In this document: piece by piece, positions 29,784 to 40,231 of the stretch
How positions within the stretch are numbered: the stretch's first letter is position 1
Layout: every line of letters starts with the position of its first letter
Source: a virus
Lineage: Duplodnaviria > Caudoviricetes
Length of the DNA stretch: 64,000 bases
Virus record (IMG/VR): IMGVR_UViG_3300017565_000002
Span: 96,001-160,000 of that record
Direction: 5' to 3' (one strand)
Notes under the pieces: model-generated
Told to the model about the DNA's origin: nothing
The model's database searches: none
The model's input: the letters and a program-made list of their open reading frames with translations, nothing else
Position numbers and translations under genes: made by a program

Positions 29784-32507
29784 GTGTACAGATTGATTGA
29801 CTTTGAATGCGAAAATTTCATCGGTATATACAATGGACTTGGACGTAAAAAGCTCCAGATCAGCTTTAAGGAATATAAAGATAAACGGGTCTTTATTATT
29901 CTGGGTCATAATGCAAAGGGAAAGTCCACACTTCTATCTATTCTTCATCCATTCTCAAGTACAACCGACAAACGGGATAAGTTCATCAGAGAAAATAAGG
30001 AAGGATACAAACAGCTCATCTACGAACGTCAAGATGGGGACGATCAAATACGGATTCGTCATGTGTATATCCCCAATGGAAAAGATGGTCACCGAACAAG
30101 AAGTTTTATCCATAAGGTAGTTGATGGTAAAGAGATCGACTTGAACCCTAACGGTAATGTGTCCTCGTTCCATATTGCTGTAGAACGCGAATTTGGAGTA
30201 ACGGAAGACTTCATGAGACTATCCGCTCAGAATGAAGATATGATCTCATTGGTTCGGATGACTGGTGCAAATCGAAAAGACCATATCTACAACTTCATTC
30301 CTAAAGCGGACGATACAACCGTTTACCAGAAAATTGTAGGCAAGAAATATAGGGACGTTAAAGTCTTTCTATCTTCACTGGTAGACAAGCTGGGGAAGAT
30401 GGAAGATGAAATCGTTATAAAGGAACGTCTGGAAGATATTGAAGTGCGTACGAATGAATTGGTGACCAGAAGGGACAGGGGAATCGGCAAGCTCAATAAA
30501 TACGAAGCTGAAATTAAGACCTTGGACCCCAGCGAGAAACTCACAGAACGTTATCGACATATTCGGTCTGAATTGAAAGATCTCAATGAGAAGCAAGAGA
30601 AGCTTCAATCCAAGATTCAAAGACTCATTGGCGATACGGACAAACCAGCTAGTATCACAGAGGTTGATAAAGAGTTGTCAGAGCTGGTAATCAAACGGGC
30701 TTCTCTTCGTGAGAAAATTGTCGGGTTATCGTCTACATTGATAGCTAGACGGGAGACAAAGTCGAGACTATATGACTCAATCGAGGAGAAAGAGTCTTTG
30801 GTTAGACAACTATCTGGGTCTAAGTCGAAATCCGATCTATCTGATCTTCTGGAAGAATACAAGGATAGATTGGTGAAATTCGACAAACGGATTAAGACAC
30901 TTAACACTTCCCTACAGGCGGATGATCTTATCCGTGGAATTGATATCATCTCACACCTGCGAGATTTCATGACTGACATTCATAACGCATCAGAGAATCA
31001 TAATACAATAGAAGAAGCATGTATCTATGCGTTCAGTAATAAGTTTGAAGCTGAATACGCAGAGACAGCCAAAACACTGGAGACAATCAAGGAAAAGATC
31101 AATGGATTGAACACGAATATCGCATCTCTTAACGGGTATGAATATCTCAAGGATACACTAGATAAACGCCCGAAAGATTGCGTAATCGATTCATGTTCTT
31201 TCCTTCAGGACTATCATAAGTGGATTGCAATCGAGAAAGAGATTGACAATCTCCAAGAAAAGTTGGTCGACCTTAGCAAGACGTATAAATCTCTATTGAT
31301 CAGAATGGAGAAGCTGACTGAAATTCATAAGTTGAAAATGAAGATTGAGACGATGATTACGTTTTATAAGAGTAATCTATCGCTAATCTCTAAGCTTCCA
31401 TTCAATGATAGATATGATACGGTTGAAAAGCTCCTCAATCGACTGATAGAACGGGACATGCTCAAGGGAGTAGAGAATAACTTCTATGAACTCATTGAAA
31501 TCCTACAGGATAAAAAAGAGTTCGATGAGATTCGTAGTGTGAAGATCCCACTTCTCATGAATGAGCTTAAGGGCCTACAAGACAATGATGGTGTCGTTAA
31601 CACGCTGAAAACTGAAATTTCCAAACTGGAAAAAGCCTACGAGAACGAAGTCTCTACCATCCAGAAGGAAGATGCGCTACTTGAATCACTAGAAGATGAA
31701 CTGGAACTAATCTCTTCCCGAGAAACGCTAGTGATCGAATTGAAAGAACGTCTCAACTCTTCTGAGCAAAATAAGACAGAAATCATACGTCTATCGAATG
31801 AGTTTGACTCAGTGAAGGGAACGAGCGAACGGATTGAGGAATTACATGCAAAAATCGAGGAACGTAGACAAAAACTAAAGGTTGTAGAGGCAAAACTCCG
31901 CCCACTTACACAGGAGAGAGATCATTACAAACATCAAGAGATGAAAATTAAAGAGTATAAGACGGAGAAAGAAATACTTGAGGAGAACCTGAATCTCCTA
32001 TCGATAATTCGGGATGCACTGTCGACGAATAAGGGTATTCCAGTAAGTATCCTGAATATGTATGTGGATGAAATCCGTCAGAGTGCTAATACTTTGCTTA
32101 GCGAGACTTTCGACGGTCAACTCTATCTACACAAATTCCTGATCAACGAAAAGGAGTTTACAATACCATATCAACACAATGGTGAAATCTCTGATGACAT
32201 ATCCAGAGCATCGTCATCTGAGCGGTCGTTTATTTCGACTTGTCTATCAATGGCAATCATCGAGCAGATTATCTCAGCCTATGGGATATTGAATCTTGAC
32301 GAGGTTGATGCGGCAATGTCGAACAGCAATAAAATGATCTACTGCCATATTCTGATGAAACAAGCTAGGCGTATCGGGATCAATCAGATATACATCATTA
32401 CTCATTCCTATGAGTTCTATGAGGCTTATCAGGATAGCATTGCGTATATCTTATTCCCCGGTCACGAATTGAATGAGAAGGGTAAAGATTGCATTAAAGT
32501 GTATTAA
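29784..32507 (+). CDS. sbcC: SbcC/Rad50-like SMC ATPase
   Basis: Walker A GHNAKGKST, long coiled coil with central Cys pair, signature ASSSER, Walker B LNLDEVD, H-loop ITHS. Confidence 0.88.
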   Translation: MYRLIDFECENFIGIYNGLGRKKLQISFKEYKDKRVFIILGHNAKGKSTLLSILHPFSSTTDKRDKFIRENKEGYKQLIYERQDGDDQIRIRHVYIPNGKDGHRTRSFIHKVVDGKEIDLNPNGNVSSFHIAVEREFGVTEDFMRLSAQNEDMISLVRMTGANRKDHIYNFIPKADDTTVYQKIVGKKYRDVKVFLSSLVDKLGKMEDEIVIKERLEDIEVRTNELVTRRDRGIGKLNKYEAEIKTLDPSEKLTERYRHIRSELKDLNEKQEKLQSKIQRLIGDTDKPASITEVDKELSELVIKRASLREKIVGLSSTLIARRETKSRLYDSIEEKESLVRQLSGSKSKSDLSDLLEEYKDRLVKFDKRIKTLNTSLQADDLIRGIDIISHLRDFMTDIHNASENHNTIEEACIYAFSNKFEAEYAETAKTLETIKEKINGLNTNIASLNGYEYLKDTLDKRPKDCVIDSCSFLQDYHKWIAIEKEIDNLQEKLVDLSKTYKSLLIRMEKLTEIHKLKMKIETMITFYKSNLSLISKLPFNDRYDTVEKLLNRLIERDMLKGVENNFYELIEILQDKKEFDEIRSVKIPLLMNELKGLQDNDGVVNTLKTEISKLEKAYENEVSTIQKEDALLESLEDELELISSRETLVIELKERLNSSEQNKTEIIRLSNEFDSVKGTSERIEELHAKIEERRQKLKVVEAKLRPLTQERDHYKHQEMKIKEYKTEKEILEENLNLLSIIRDALSTNKGIPVSILNMYVDEIRQSANTLLSETFDGQLYLHKFLINEKEFTIPYQHNGEISDDISRASSSERSFISTCLSMAIIEQIISAYGILNLDEVDAAMSNSNKMIYCHILMKQARRIGINQIYIITHSYEFYEAYQDSIAYILFPGHELNEKGKDCIKVY

Positions 32508-32580
32508 TCCACCTAGGTGTCATTGTGTGATAATTTAAGTATATATTATCGACAAGAGAAGAGACTAGGAGGAGATAAGC

Positions 32581-33282
32581 ATGAAAGATGGAAACATTGT
32601 TCGCGTATTAAGCATGGATCAATACGAAGCTTTTGAATCTTCTATCAAAGTAGTAAAATGGATGATGAAGAAATTTACACAAGGAAAGAATCTTAACTGG
32701 ATTGCGAATAGATTGATTGTCGATTCTTGGACCGTCGAGTTGTTCCAGCCACAGCTCGACGAGATGAATGAGAAATTCAATCGTTTAATGTCGCATATGG
32801 ATAACATATGCCAACAGGTAGCAGAAGAACCACATAAGTTACCACGAAATATGAGAGATAGAGTCTATAACTCACATGACAAATTTTATAAGATGATGAT
32901 GGTGAAAGGCAATATATTCAGCCTCCTCTATGCGGAGAAAAGAGTATTGGGTGAAGATAATAAACATGTAGTTATTTGGAAAGGGAAAAAAAGTGACGCC
33001 GGGATATTAAATCAGCTGTTCGAATTCGTCAATGAAGTTGGAGTTCTATACTTTCAAATTATTTGCGAAGCGGTGTCTAGGCTGAATGGGCGTATACCTG
33101 GCATCGGTGAAAGTAAAACTAATGTATGGTGGCGTTTCATACGTGAAGTAGATGAACAACTGCACAATCTTATGGAAAAAGTTCTTCCTGTTGTGCTATG
33201 GTGTGAGAAATATGATGCGCCTATATTTCCTATATCCAACTTCGATAACCAGCAAGACGATAATGGTAGTTATGTAATATAA
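32581..33282 (+). CDS. Hypothetical protein
   Basis: 233 aa, SD AGGAGGAG, TATATTAT at 32542-32549. Confidence 0.75.
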   Translation: MKDGNIVRVLSMDQYEAFESSIKVVKWMMKKFTQGKNLNWIANRLIVDSWTVELFQPQLDEMNEKFNRLMSHMDNICQQVAEEPHKLPRNMRDRVYNSHDKFYKMMMVKGNIFSLLYAEKRVLGEDNKHVVIWKGKKSDAGILNQLFEFVNEVGVLYFQIICEAVSRLNGRIPGIGESKTNVWWRFIREVDEQLHNLMEKVLPVVLWCEKYDAPIFPISNFDNQQDDNGSYVI

Positions 33283-33296
33283 TTTACCAAGGGGCG

Positions 33297-33506
33297 GTGG
33301 TAGTGATGTATCATGGTGAATATACAACTCGTGAGTTAGATATTCAGATAAGAATTGATAACATTCAACGTTCCCAGAACTACAAGTATCCTTTAAGCTG
33401 GTATGCAAGTCTATCGGATAGTCAAATACGGGCAATGCATACTCAGCTCATGGTTGAGTATGCAAAGTCCCTAGAGGGACAGATAGAGAACGGGACGTTC
33501 ACCTGA
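33297..33506 (+). CDS. Hypothetical protein
   Basis: Short ORF in the same-strand cluster; start uncertain. Confidence 0.5.
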   Translation: MVVMYHGEYTTRELDIQIRIDNIQRSQNYKYPLSWYASLSDSQIRAMHTQLMVEYAKSLEGQIENGTFT

Positions 33507-33567
33507 CGAGATCTATGAATGCAAAGATTCTAAAGAAGTTAAATATGAGAGGAGTATTAAAACGATT

Positions 33568-34035
33568 ATGATTAAAATAATACCAACCTTGATTGAGACG
33601 GTTCGTCAGAAACGAGAAGAGGAACACCTCGCCGCGGTGAATCAGCTTTTCGACCAAAGCCAACAGGGTAAATTCCTGATGAAAGATGACATCGTCTACT
33701 ATCAGGATGAAACTGGGCGGATGGTATCTACTCGGACACCTAGCGCGGCATTCTTGGTTGCTGCAAAATATTCATCGTACTCAAACGTACTTGATGGGCT
33801 TAGTAGTAGAGCTGCAACCGTCGTGGATGTCGAGAATCTTTTCATTCGGATATTGGAAGAAGATGAAAGGCTTAAAGGAAAGTTCCGGATAATCGCTGGA
33901 GATCTACATCTCGTTCAGAACGAGGAAGCCCAGTTGGTATTAACCGGTGATGAAATCTTCTATTTTGTTGAGAATGGCTTCACCGAAGATCGTATTAGAG
34001 ATTTCATTGTATATTCGATAGAGGAAGAAGAGTAG
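33568..34035 (+). CDS. Hypothetical protein
   Basis: 155 aa, SD GAGGAG. Confidence 0.75.
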   Translation: MIKIIPTLIETVRQKREEEHLAAVNQLFDQSQQGKFLMKDDIVYYQDETGRMVSTRTPSAAFLVAAKYSSYSNVLDGLSSRAATVVDVENLFIRILEEDERLKGKFRIIAGDLHLVQNEEAQLVLTGDEIFYFVENGFTEDRIRDFIVYSIEEEE

Positions 34036-34143
34036 GATATCCTACTCTTCTTTTTTGTATTGACAACGTACGTAAATTACCCTATACTTGACTATATATT
34101 ATACATATGAAATACCACTACATATTAAAGGAGAAATGGAAAC

Positions 34144-34431
34144 ATGGCGAGAGAAGGGATAAACAGATTTCAAACTGTAGGTATCCAGCGTCAATTGGAT
34201 GCCAGTTCAAGACAAGATGCAAAGGTTGCATTCCATGTCTCATGTAGTATTTGCATGAGACGTGGGGATATGGATTGTCGCACTTGCCCGATAAAGGCAG
34301 CACATGAACAAACGCTTGCGGTATTCGATGATCTGGAAGAGTTCGACAGGATGAAACGGGAAAGAGAGCGGGCAACAACCATTTCGAAAGATAACGTTGT
34401 TTCGCTTGTACAGAATCGGGAATTGATCTAA
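34144..34431 (+). CDS. Small Cys-rich protein, probable Zn binding
   Basis: CSIC and DCRTCPIK; SD AAAGGAG; TATATTAT at 34095-34102. Confidence 0.7.
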   Translation: MAREGINRFQTVGIQRQLDASSRQDAKVAFHVSCSICMRRGDMDCRTCPIKAAHEQTLAVFDDLEEFDRMKRERERATTISKDNVVSLVQNRELI

Positions 34432-34482
34432 GAAATACATAACGGATAGAAGAGATGCCGCTTTGACATCTCTTCTTTTTTG

Positions 34483-35700
34483 TCAAAGATAAGGAACCGG
34501 AATGACTTGGAACACCTGGTCAGTACGGGAACACTTTGCAACGTCGTTTTGATCATCAAATCGAAGTTGATGGAATTTCTTCTTCGGGAGTACGCCCGGA
34601 TACTGTTCCTTGAACTTCCGAAGCTCCTTTCCATTATTGTCGATTGCAATGAATTCCCAATCATGGTTCTTGAATGATTTCTTTACGGCCACCTTATATT
34701 TGCCTTCCATATCTATGGATGCTTCATGAGGTGTAAATTCAATCTTACCCTCACGGATCAAATCCGTCGCACGCTCAGAAAACCTTCTATCGGATTCGGA
34801 TCTATTCTTTTTTCTCTTATCTTTGTCCTTATCCTTTTTCTCCTTCTCATCTTTCTCAGGCGCTAAGCGGGAAGATGTGTTTGCGACAAGGTGTGGGAAA
34901 ACTTTCGCCAAAAGTGCCACGTTTTGATTTTTGTCGTTTTGGTTTTCGGCGATTTCTTTCTTCCGTTTTTGTTCGATATCCACTTTTGTTTTTTGGAGGT
35001 CCCCTATACCCCGTGCGTTTGCCGTACGGTTAGATAAGAGACCGTTTTTGGCCATGAAAAGATCCTTGAGCATAACGCCACGGTTGCGGGCTCTGGATTC
35101 TTTCGTCTCTATGATGAGTTTATCGATTTCTTGGATCGTTTTATCTACTTCTAAGACTGTTTGTCTAAGCAGGGTGATAGGTTCTTCAAACTTCTTGTCG
35201 AATTCGCGGGCTTCTCGTTCTTTCCGTTTTCTTTCCTCTTCTTCCTCGTTCTTCGGAGCGGCTGTTCCACCTTTTGTTTTGGAGCTAACACCCTCAAAGT
35301 CCTTACGTTCATTCTTCTTATCTTTCTTGGACTTGTGGAATTTTTCCTTATAATCCTCGATAGCACCGAATAGTATTCGTGATGCTTCCGGGAGATCCTT
35401 CATCTTCTTTTTTTCTTTTTTCTTTTTCTTCTTGTCTTTCTTCTTTTCCTTTTTGGACCTCTTTTCAGATTTCACTTCTTCTTTCTCTAATGCCCGATGC
35501 CTAGCCTTCAGCTGCTCCAATTCCTTTTGCCGTTCTTCGATTTCCCGTTCTGTTGAACGAGCCATCATGGATGCACCCGTCGAGTTTAGACGGATTTTAA
35601 TATATCCACTGGATGAACGTTGATCGGCAAAGTAATCCGCTTTCAGACCGGCTTCTTGTATATCCTCTTCCGGTACACGGAATTTTTTAGGTCTAGCCAT
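34483..35700 (-). CDS. Lys-rich coiled-coil hypothetical protein
   Basis: 405 aa, SD GGAGG, poly-Lys tracts, late motif on the minus strand at 35732-35743. Confidence 0.75.
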   Translation of the reverse strand: MARPKKFRVPEEDIQEAGLKADYFADQRSSSGYIKIRLNSTGASMMARSTEREIEERQKELEQLKARHRALEKEEVKSEKRSKKEKKKDKKKKKKEKKKMKDLPEASRILFGAIEDYKEKFHKSKKDKKNERKDFEGVSSKTKGGTAAPKNEEEEERKRKEREAREFDKKFEEPITLLRQTVLEVDKTIQEIDKLIIETKESRARNRGVMLKDLFMAKNGLLSNRTANARGIGDLQKTKVDIEQKRKKEIAENQNDKNQNVALLAKVFPHLVANTSSRLAPEKDEKEKKDKDKDKRKKNRSESDRRFSERATDLIREGKIEFTPHEASIDMEGKYKVAVKKSFKNHDWEFIAIDNNGKELRKFKEQYPGVLPKKKFHQLRFDDQNDVAKCSRTDQVFQVIPVPYL

Positions 35701-35830
35701 GTTCTAAATCCCTCCTAAATGAAGTTCGATTTATAGGACTGTTTTTTCGGGTACATATTATTTACATAGGTTTTTAGAAAGGAGAAAACACTTTGATGAT
35801 CAAGAAATCAAGAAGGAGGAAATCACATTA

Positions 35831-38800
35831 ATGCTTCCTAAGCCGTTATTACAGGGAATCGAAGCTGGAGCTGATGTATTAATACTTAATGTGCAATATC
35901 TTAGAGCAAGGAAAAAAGAAGATGGGAGTTACACACCCGACTACCTACATGTCGTTTATCGTGATAATACCACGGGGAAGAAACATCTCCAGATTATCAC
36001 AAATCCGACTACGGATATCTATGTGGTTAAACCTGAACATCGGGATGATTTCCGTACTCCAAGAGAATATGTGCCATTTGCGGTACTAGACAAACACAGT
36101 GTACCGTACCGCGAAAAGGAGCGGTATCTTTATAAGTTATTGGGCAGTAACCTATTAAGTGAAAGGGATAAACTCCTCAAGCAGTCGATCGATCGTGCGA
36201 CGGAATTGGGGATATGGAACGCTAGGAATGAAGTCCATAAATGGCGTAATGTATATTTCTCAGACTATGATATTGAGAACTATGCTTATATTACAGCCAA
36301 TCTTCATTACAAGCCCACATCGTTTAAGTTGACAAAGTCCTTTATGGATATCGAGACCGATGTATACGGGAAGAGTCGACACGATCAAGAGACTGGTAAG
36401 TGTAAAATATCGGCAGTCACCATCATCTATGATTATGCAGTAGATGGGTCAAAAAATTATAAACCCAAAGTCTTTACTCTTCTACTCCGGGATTATAAAC
36501 GATACCCACAGCAAGAAGAATTCGAGCGGAATATCGATACATTCTACGAGAAAGTACATGAGGAGTTTGATAAAAAATATGGAAACGCAGATTATCATAT
36601 TTTATTCTTCGACCGAGAAGACGAAATGCTTCTCACCCTATTCAAACTCCAGCACACACTCAAGCCGGATTTTACAGGCATATGGAATATGTCCTACGAT
36701 ATCCTTTACATTCAGAAGAAACTTGAATATCTGGGTATAGATCCGGCAGCAATGTTTTCTCACCCCGATTTCAAGAATACCCACATTAACTACTATTTAG
36801 ATGAGAAGTTTAAGAATGATTATAAAAACCGCGGAGATTCGTTCAACTGTCTGTCTTACACGAAGTATGTGGACGATATGCTGACATATGCAGGTCGTCG
36901 TAAGGGTGGACAGGATTATGGTTCAAGTAGCTTGGATAATGTCGCTTCAATTGAACTAAAGGAGAAAAAGAGGACTTACGATAACCCAGGCGTCAACGTT
37001 ATCAACGCGGCGATTCGGGAATATGAAAACTTTGTACTATATGGTATTACGGACGTTTGGTTATTAACAGCTATCGAGCGTAAGACGGGCGATATCGATG
37101 ACGTTTTCTTGAAGGGTTATGAGTCCGGGACAAAAATCGATAAAGCCAACCGCCAAACAGTAAGTCTGAAGGGATTATGGGATATATCCCACTTCGAACA
37201 AGGGTTTGTATTCGGCAACAACCTTAACGTGAGCTATCTCACGAGAAAAAATACCAACGATGAAGAAGTAGAAGCTCCCCAGAGTGGTGCATATGTCGAG
37301 ACCCTCAAGGGTGCATTGGTGGGTGATCCTGTTGCAATCAACCCAATCGGCGTGGCATTATTTGATGGAGAACGAAGTAATCGTATTTTCAAGAATAATA
37401 TAGACCTCGACGCTAAGGCAATGTATCCGTCTAATAAACTCGTCAATAATACAACGAGGTCAACACAACACGGACGACTTATCATTCCAGATAAGGTATC
37501 TCCGTTGGAATATGGCGTAAGCCCTCACTTACGGGGTGGAGAGTTTGTAGATGATTTTGAAACCAAAGACTATATCAAAATCGGTATTAAATGGTTTGGT
37601 CTACGCCGGGTAGATGAGTATGTCAGAGAATTTATACTCTATCGGAATAAATCAACGAAGAAAGCACTGGTCAAGAAAAAGAAACTTGGCGAGTTCTACA
37701 AATTGTGGTCGGACAAGATGTATAGTGTACTATCGGTTATTTTCCCGGCTGATATTGCATTAATATATCCGTTCTTATCGAGGGTGTTTAAACGAGATCA
37801 TAAAGATACAGATTGTGTTCTCTTTAATAGCTACGAAGATATTGAATACGACACGACACTCCTTTCCATTGTAGATTGGATAATAGAAGTACGTCCGATC
37901 ATGACAGAATCAGGAACTTTCTTTAAGCGTCACGAGGAAGGTCCAATCAGCCCCGGACTGAAGACGATCGATGGGCTTATCAAGCAACGTGACGTTTTAA
38001 AGGAAATTGAAATCCAACATGAGAAGCGTAACGAGTTAGAGGAAGCCAAGGACTATAAACTTAGACAGAATCGTAAAAAGACGTTTACAAACTCTGAATA
38101 TGGGGTCTCCGGCGCTCCTTCATCGGCCTTTTACTCCTATCATGTCGCACAATCAACAACGTCCAAGGGACAGACGTATATCGCACTTGCGATGACAACG
38201 TTTGAGGATTTCCTCTGTGACACCATTCAGTTCTACGATATGGATGAACTGTTCCATTTTTGCGATAATGTCATCAGAGAAATGCCGAAGTTTAACGATG
38301 CTGTATATGTTACGAAAGATAAGACGAAGAAAGAAGTATTGGAACGTCTACTGCGTAAGTGTCAGAATATTAAAGATCTGGACACAACCATCATCAAAGA
38401 ATTACTATCCAATATCCCACAGACGGCATTGAACCGATTATATTACAAATCCAACATACATGCATTCATTGAAGAGAACGTTGAAATCCAAAAATTGATC
38501 CGAACGTTCTTTATCAATACGCCGTTGTTTATGAACCCGAATAAACCACCAGCGATGAGTGAAAGACATCTGAAGAAATTGACCGACGTCATATTGGAGT
38601 ATTGTCAATACAACTATCCGTATTATGGACGGGTAGATCGGTTGATCCGGATTAATCGAAATGCCGTTATTGTTATTGATACAGATAGTAATATCATCTG
38701 TGTCGATGATATGATGAATCGGTTGAATAATTACATGGAGACGAAGTCGATATCCCGTATCAGTAGAAAGGGTGAGAAGTCAGATCGGGTAGCAGAGGAG

Positions 38801-39634
38801 CGTCGTTTGAGATCGATGAATACTGTGGCCTACATTCTGACTGAAGTTATCAGTCGCGTATTGAACAAGTTTAAAGTGGATACCAACGCACAGAATCATC
38901 CGTTCGGCGACTATAAAATGAAGAATGAGTTTGGCATACTCTCTCTTCTGGTCGCGTCCGGTAAGAAGCGGTATCTGCAATCCATTATTCTCCGTGAGGG
39001 CGAATATCTCTGGCCACCTAAGAAACATATTGCCGGGTTTGACTTTAAGAAACTGTCGGCGGCTCCGAAATCAGTCGGTAAATTCATCGAGTCCACACTC
39101 TTTGAATATATCGTATGTGATAACACTGATATCCCTGAGGCTTTGAGGCAGTTTATGAAACTGGAGAATAAGCTAAGGGGTGCATTACAGAGTGGAGACA
39201 AAGAATATTTCTCGATTGAAAAAGTAAAAACCATGGATTCCTATAAGGATGCCATGTCCAATGGCACGTTTAAGGCATGCTATATTTGGAATGCGTTGTA
39301 CCCGGATAAGGAGATCTCATTCCCGAACAGTGTATCCTTGGTTAAGATCAATATCAAATCCACCAAAGATATTGCCGATCTGGCCTTGGATGATAGGGAA
39401 ATGTTTGATCGCATGTCTGAGATTTTGAAACGTCCTACAATGAAAACTGGTGTTACTCAGATCGCGATTCCCCTAGATGAAGATATCCCTGATTGGATTC
39501 TGAAGCGAATGGATATTGAAACGATGCTGAATAAGAACATGGGGTTAGTGACGCCGATCTTAGAGGAGATTGGTGTGCGACCAGTGTACAAACGTAAGAG
39601 TGATCAGTACATCTCTAATGTAATTTCAATATAA
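35831..39634 (+). CDS. Family B DNA polymerase with 3'-5' exonuclease
   Basis: ExoI FMDIETD, ExoII WNMSYD, ExoIII YGITDV, motif A DLDAKAMYPS, motif B KKTFTNSEYG, motif C IDTDS; CATATTAT at 35754-35761. Confidence 0.93.
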   Translation: MLPKPLLQGIEAGADVLILNVQYLRARKKEDGSYTPDYLHVVYRDNTTGKKHLQIITNPTTDIYVVKPEHRDDFRTPREYVPFAVLDKHSVPYREKERYLYKLLGSNLLSERDKLLKQSIDRATELGIWNARNEVHKWRNVYFSDYDIENYAYITANLHYKPTSFKLTKSFMDIETDVYGKSRHDQETGKCKISAVTIIYDYAVDGSKNYKPKVFTLLLRDYKRYPQQEEFERNIDTFYEKVHEEFDKKYGNADYHILFFDREDEMLLTLFKLQHTLKPDFTGIWNMSYDILYIQKKLEYLGIDPAAMFSHPDFKNTHINYYLDEKFKNDYKNRGDSFNCLSYTKYVDDMLTYAGRRKGGQDYGSSSLDNVASIELKEKKRTYDNPGVNVINAAIREYENFVLYGITDVWLLTAIERKTGDIDDVFLKGYESGTKIDKANRQTVSLKGLWDISHFEQGFVFGNNLNVSYLTRKNTNDEEVEAPQSGAYVETLKGALVGDPVAINPIGVALFDGERSNRIFKNNIDLDAKAMYPSNKLVNNTTRSTQHGRLIIPDKVSPLEYGVSPHLRGGEFVDDFETKDYIKIGIKWFGLRRVDEYVREFILYRNKSTKKALVKKKKLGEFYKLWSDKMYSVLSVIFPADIALIYPFLSRVFKRDHKDTDCVLFNSYEDIEYDTTLLSIVDWIIEVRPIMTESGTFFKRHEEGPISPGLKTIDGLIKQRDVLKEIEIQHEKRNELEEAKDYKLRQNRKKTFTNSEYGVSGAPSSAFYSYHVAQSTTSKGQTYIALAMTTFEDFLCDTIQFYDMDELFHFCDNVIREMPKFNDAVYVTKDKTKKEVLERLLRKCQNIKDLDTTIIKELLSNIPQTALNRLYYKSNIHAFIEENVEIQKLIRTFFINTPLFMNPNKPPAMSERHLKKLTDVILEYCQYNYPYYGRVDRLIRINRNAVIVIDTDSNIICVDDMMNRLNNYMETKSISRISRKGEKSDRVAEERRLRSMNTVAYILTEVISRVLNKFKVDTNAQNHPFGDYKMKNEFGILSLLVASGKKRYLQSIILREGEYLWPPKKHIAGFDFKKLSAAPKSVGKFIESTLFEYIVCDNTDIPEALRQFMKLENKLRGALQSGDKEYFSIEKVKTMDSYKDAMSNGTFKACYIWNALYPDKEISFPNSVSLVKINIKSTKDIADLALDDREMFDRMSEILKRPTMKTGVTQIAIPLDEDIPDWILKRMDIETMLNKNMGLVTPILEEIGVRPVYKRKSDQYISNVISI

Positions 39635-39638
39635 GAGA

Positions 39639-39675
39639 AAGAAGTAGAGCTTAGCGGCTCTACTTCTTCTTTTTT
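39639..39675. terminator. Bidirectional terminator
   Basis: AAGAAGTAGAGC-ttagcg-GCTCTACTTCTT between convergent genes. Confidence 0.8.
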
Positions 39676-40099
39676 ACGGATCAGGAGTTCTCTCTAAGTA
39701 ATGCGGAGCTTCCATTGACATCCCGTCATCTTGATCAGGTGTCAAATAGCTTGGCTTCTCATCAGTAGGGGGAGAATCTTGTTTAACCGGTTTTCTCTTT
39801 TTTGGCTTAGGCTTAGGGGGGTTTATTGTTTTCGCATGCAGATGAGCTGAGGTCGATGCAATGATGAAGGAATTAAAGAACGATAAGACATAGACCTTCC
39901 AGTCATGCATATTAGACCCGATAGCAGCCTGAGTCGAAATTACAACGGTGAACGATACGGCTATTGCGTAAATATCTGTAGGTATATTGACGTACTTGTC
40001 AACTACTGCTTTGGTGTATTGTACAAATAAGAATACGAGTAATGCAGAACTACTCACCGTGGCTAAAGACTCCCAAGTAAACAGTTGACCATCTGCCAT
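39674..40099 (-). CDS. Holin-like membrane protein
   Basis: FTWESLAT N-terminus, three hydrophobic helices and a charged C-terminal tail, as in Firmicute phage holin-like proteins. Confidence 0.55.
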   Translation of the reverse strand: MADGQLFTWESLATVSSSALLVFLFVQYTKAVVDKYVNIPTDIYAIAVSFTVVISTQAAIGSNMHDWKVYVLSFFNSFIIASTSAHLHAKTINPPKPKPKKRKPVKQDSPPTDEKPSYLTPDQDDGMSMEAPHYLERTPDP

Positions 40100-40231
40100 T
40101 AGTATCCAACCTCCTTTTATAAATGTTTAGCTATTTTGTCATGCATCTATATATTATATCTATGAGTAATAATTAACAGCAATTGAAACAAGCTATTGAG
40201 AGTTTTCCAAATTATTCAAAGGAGAATGAGT

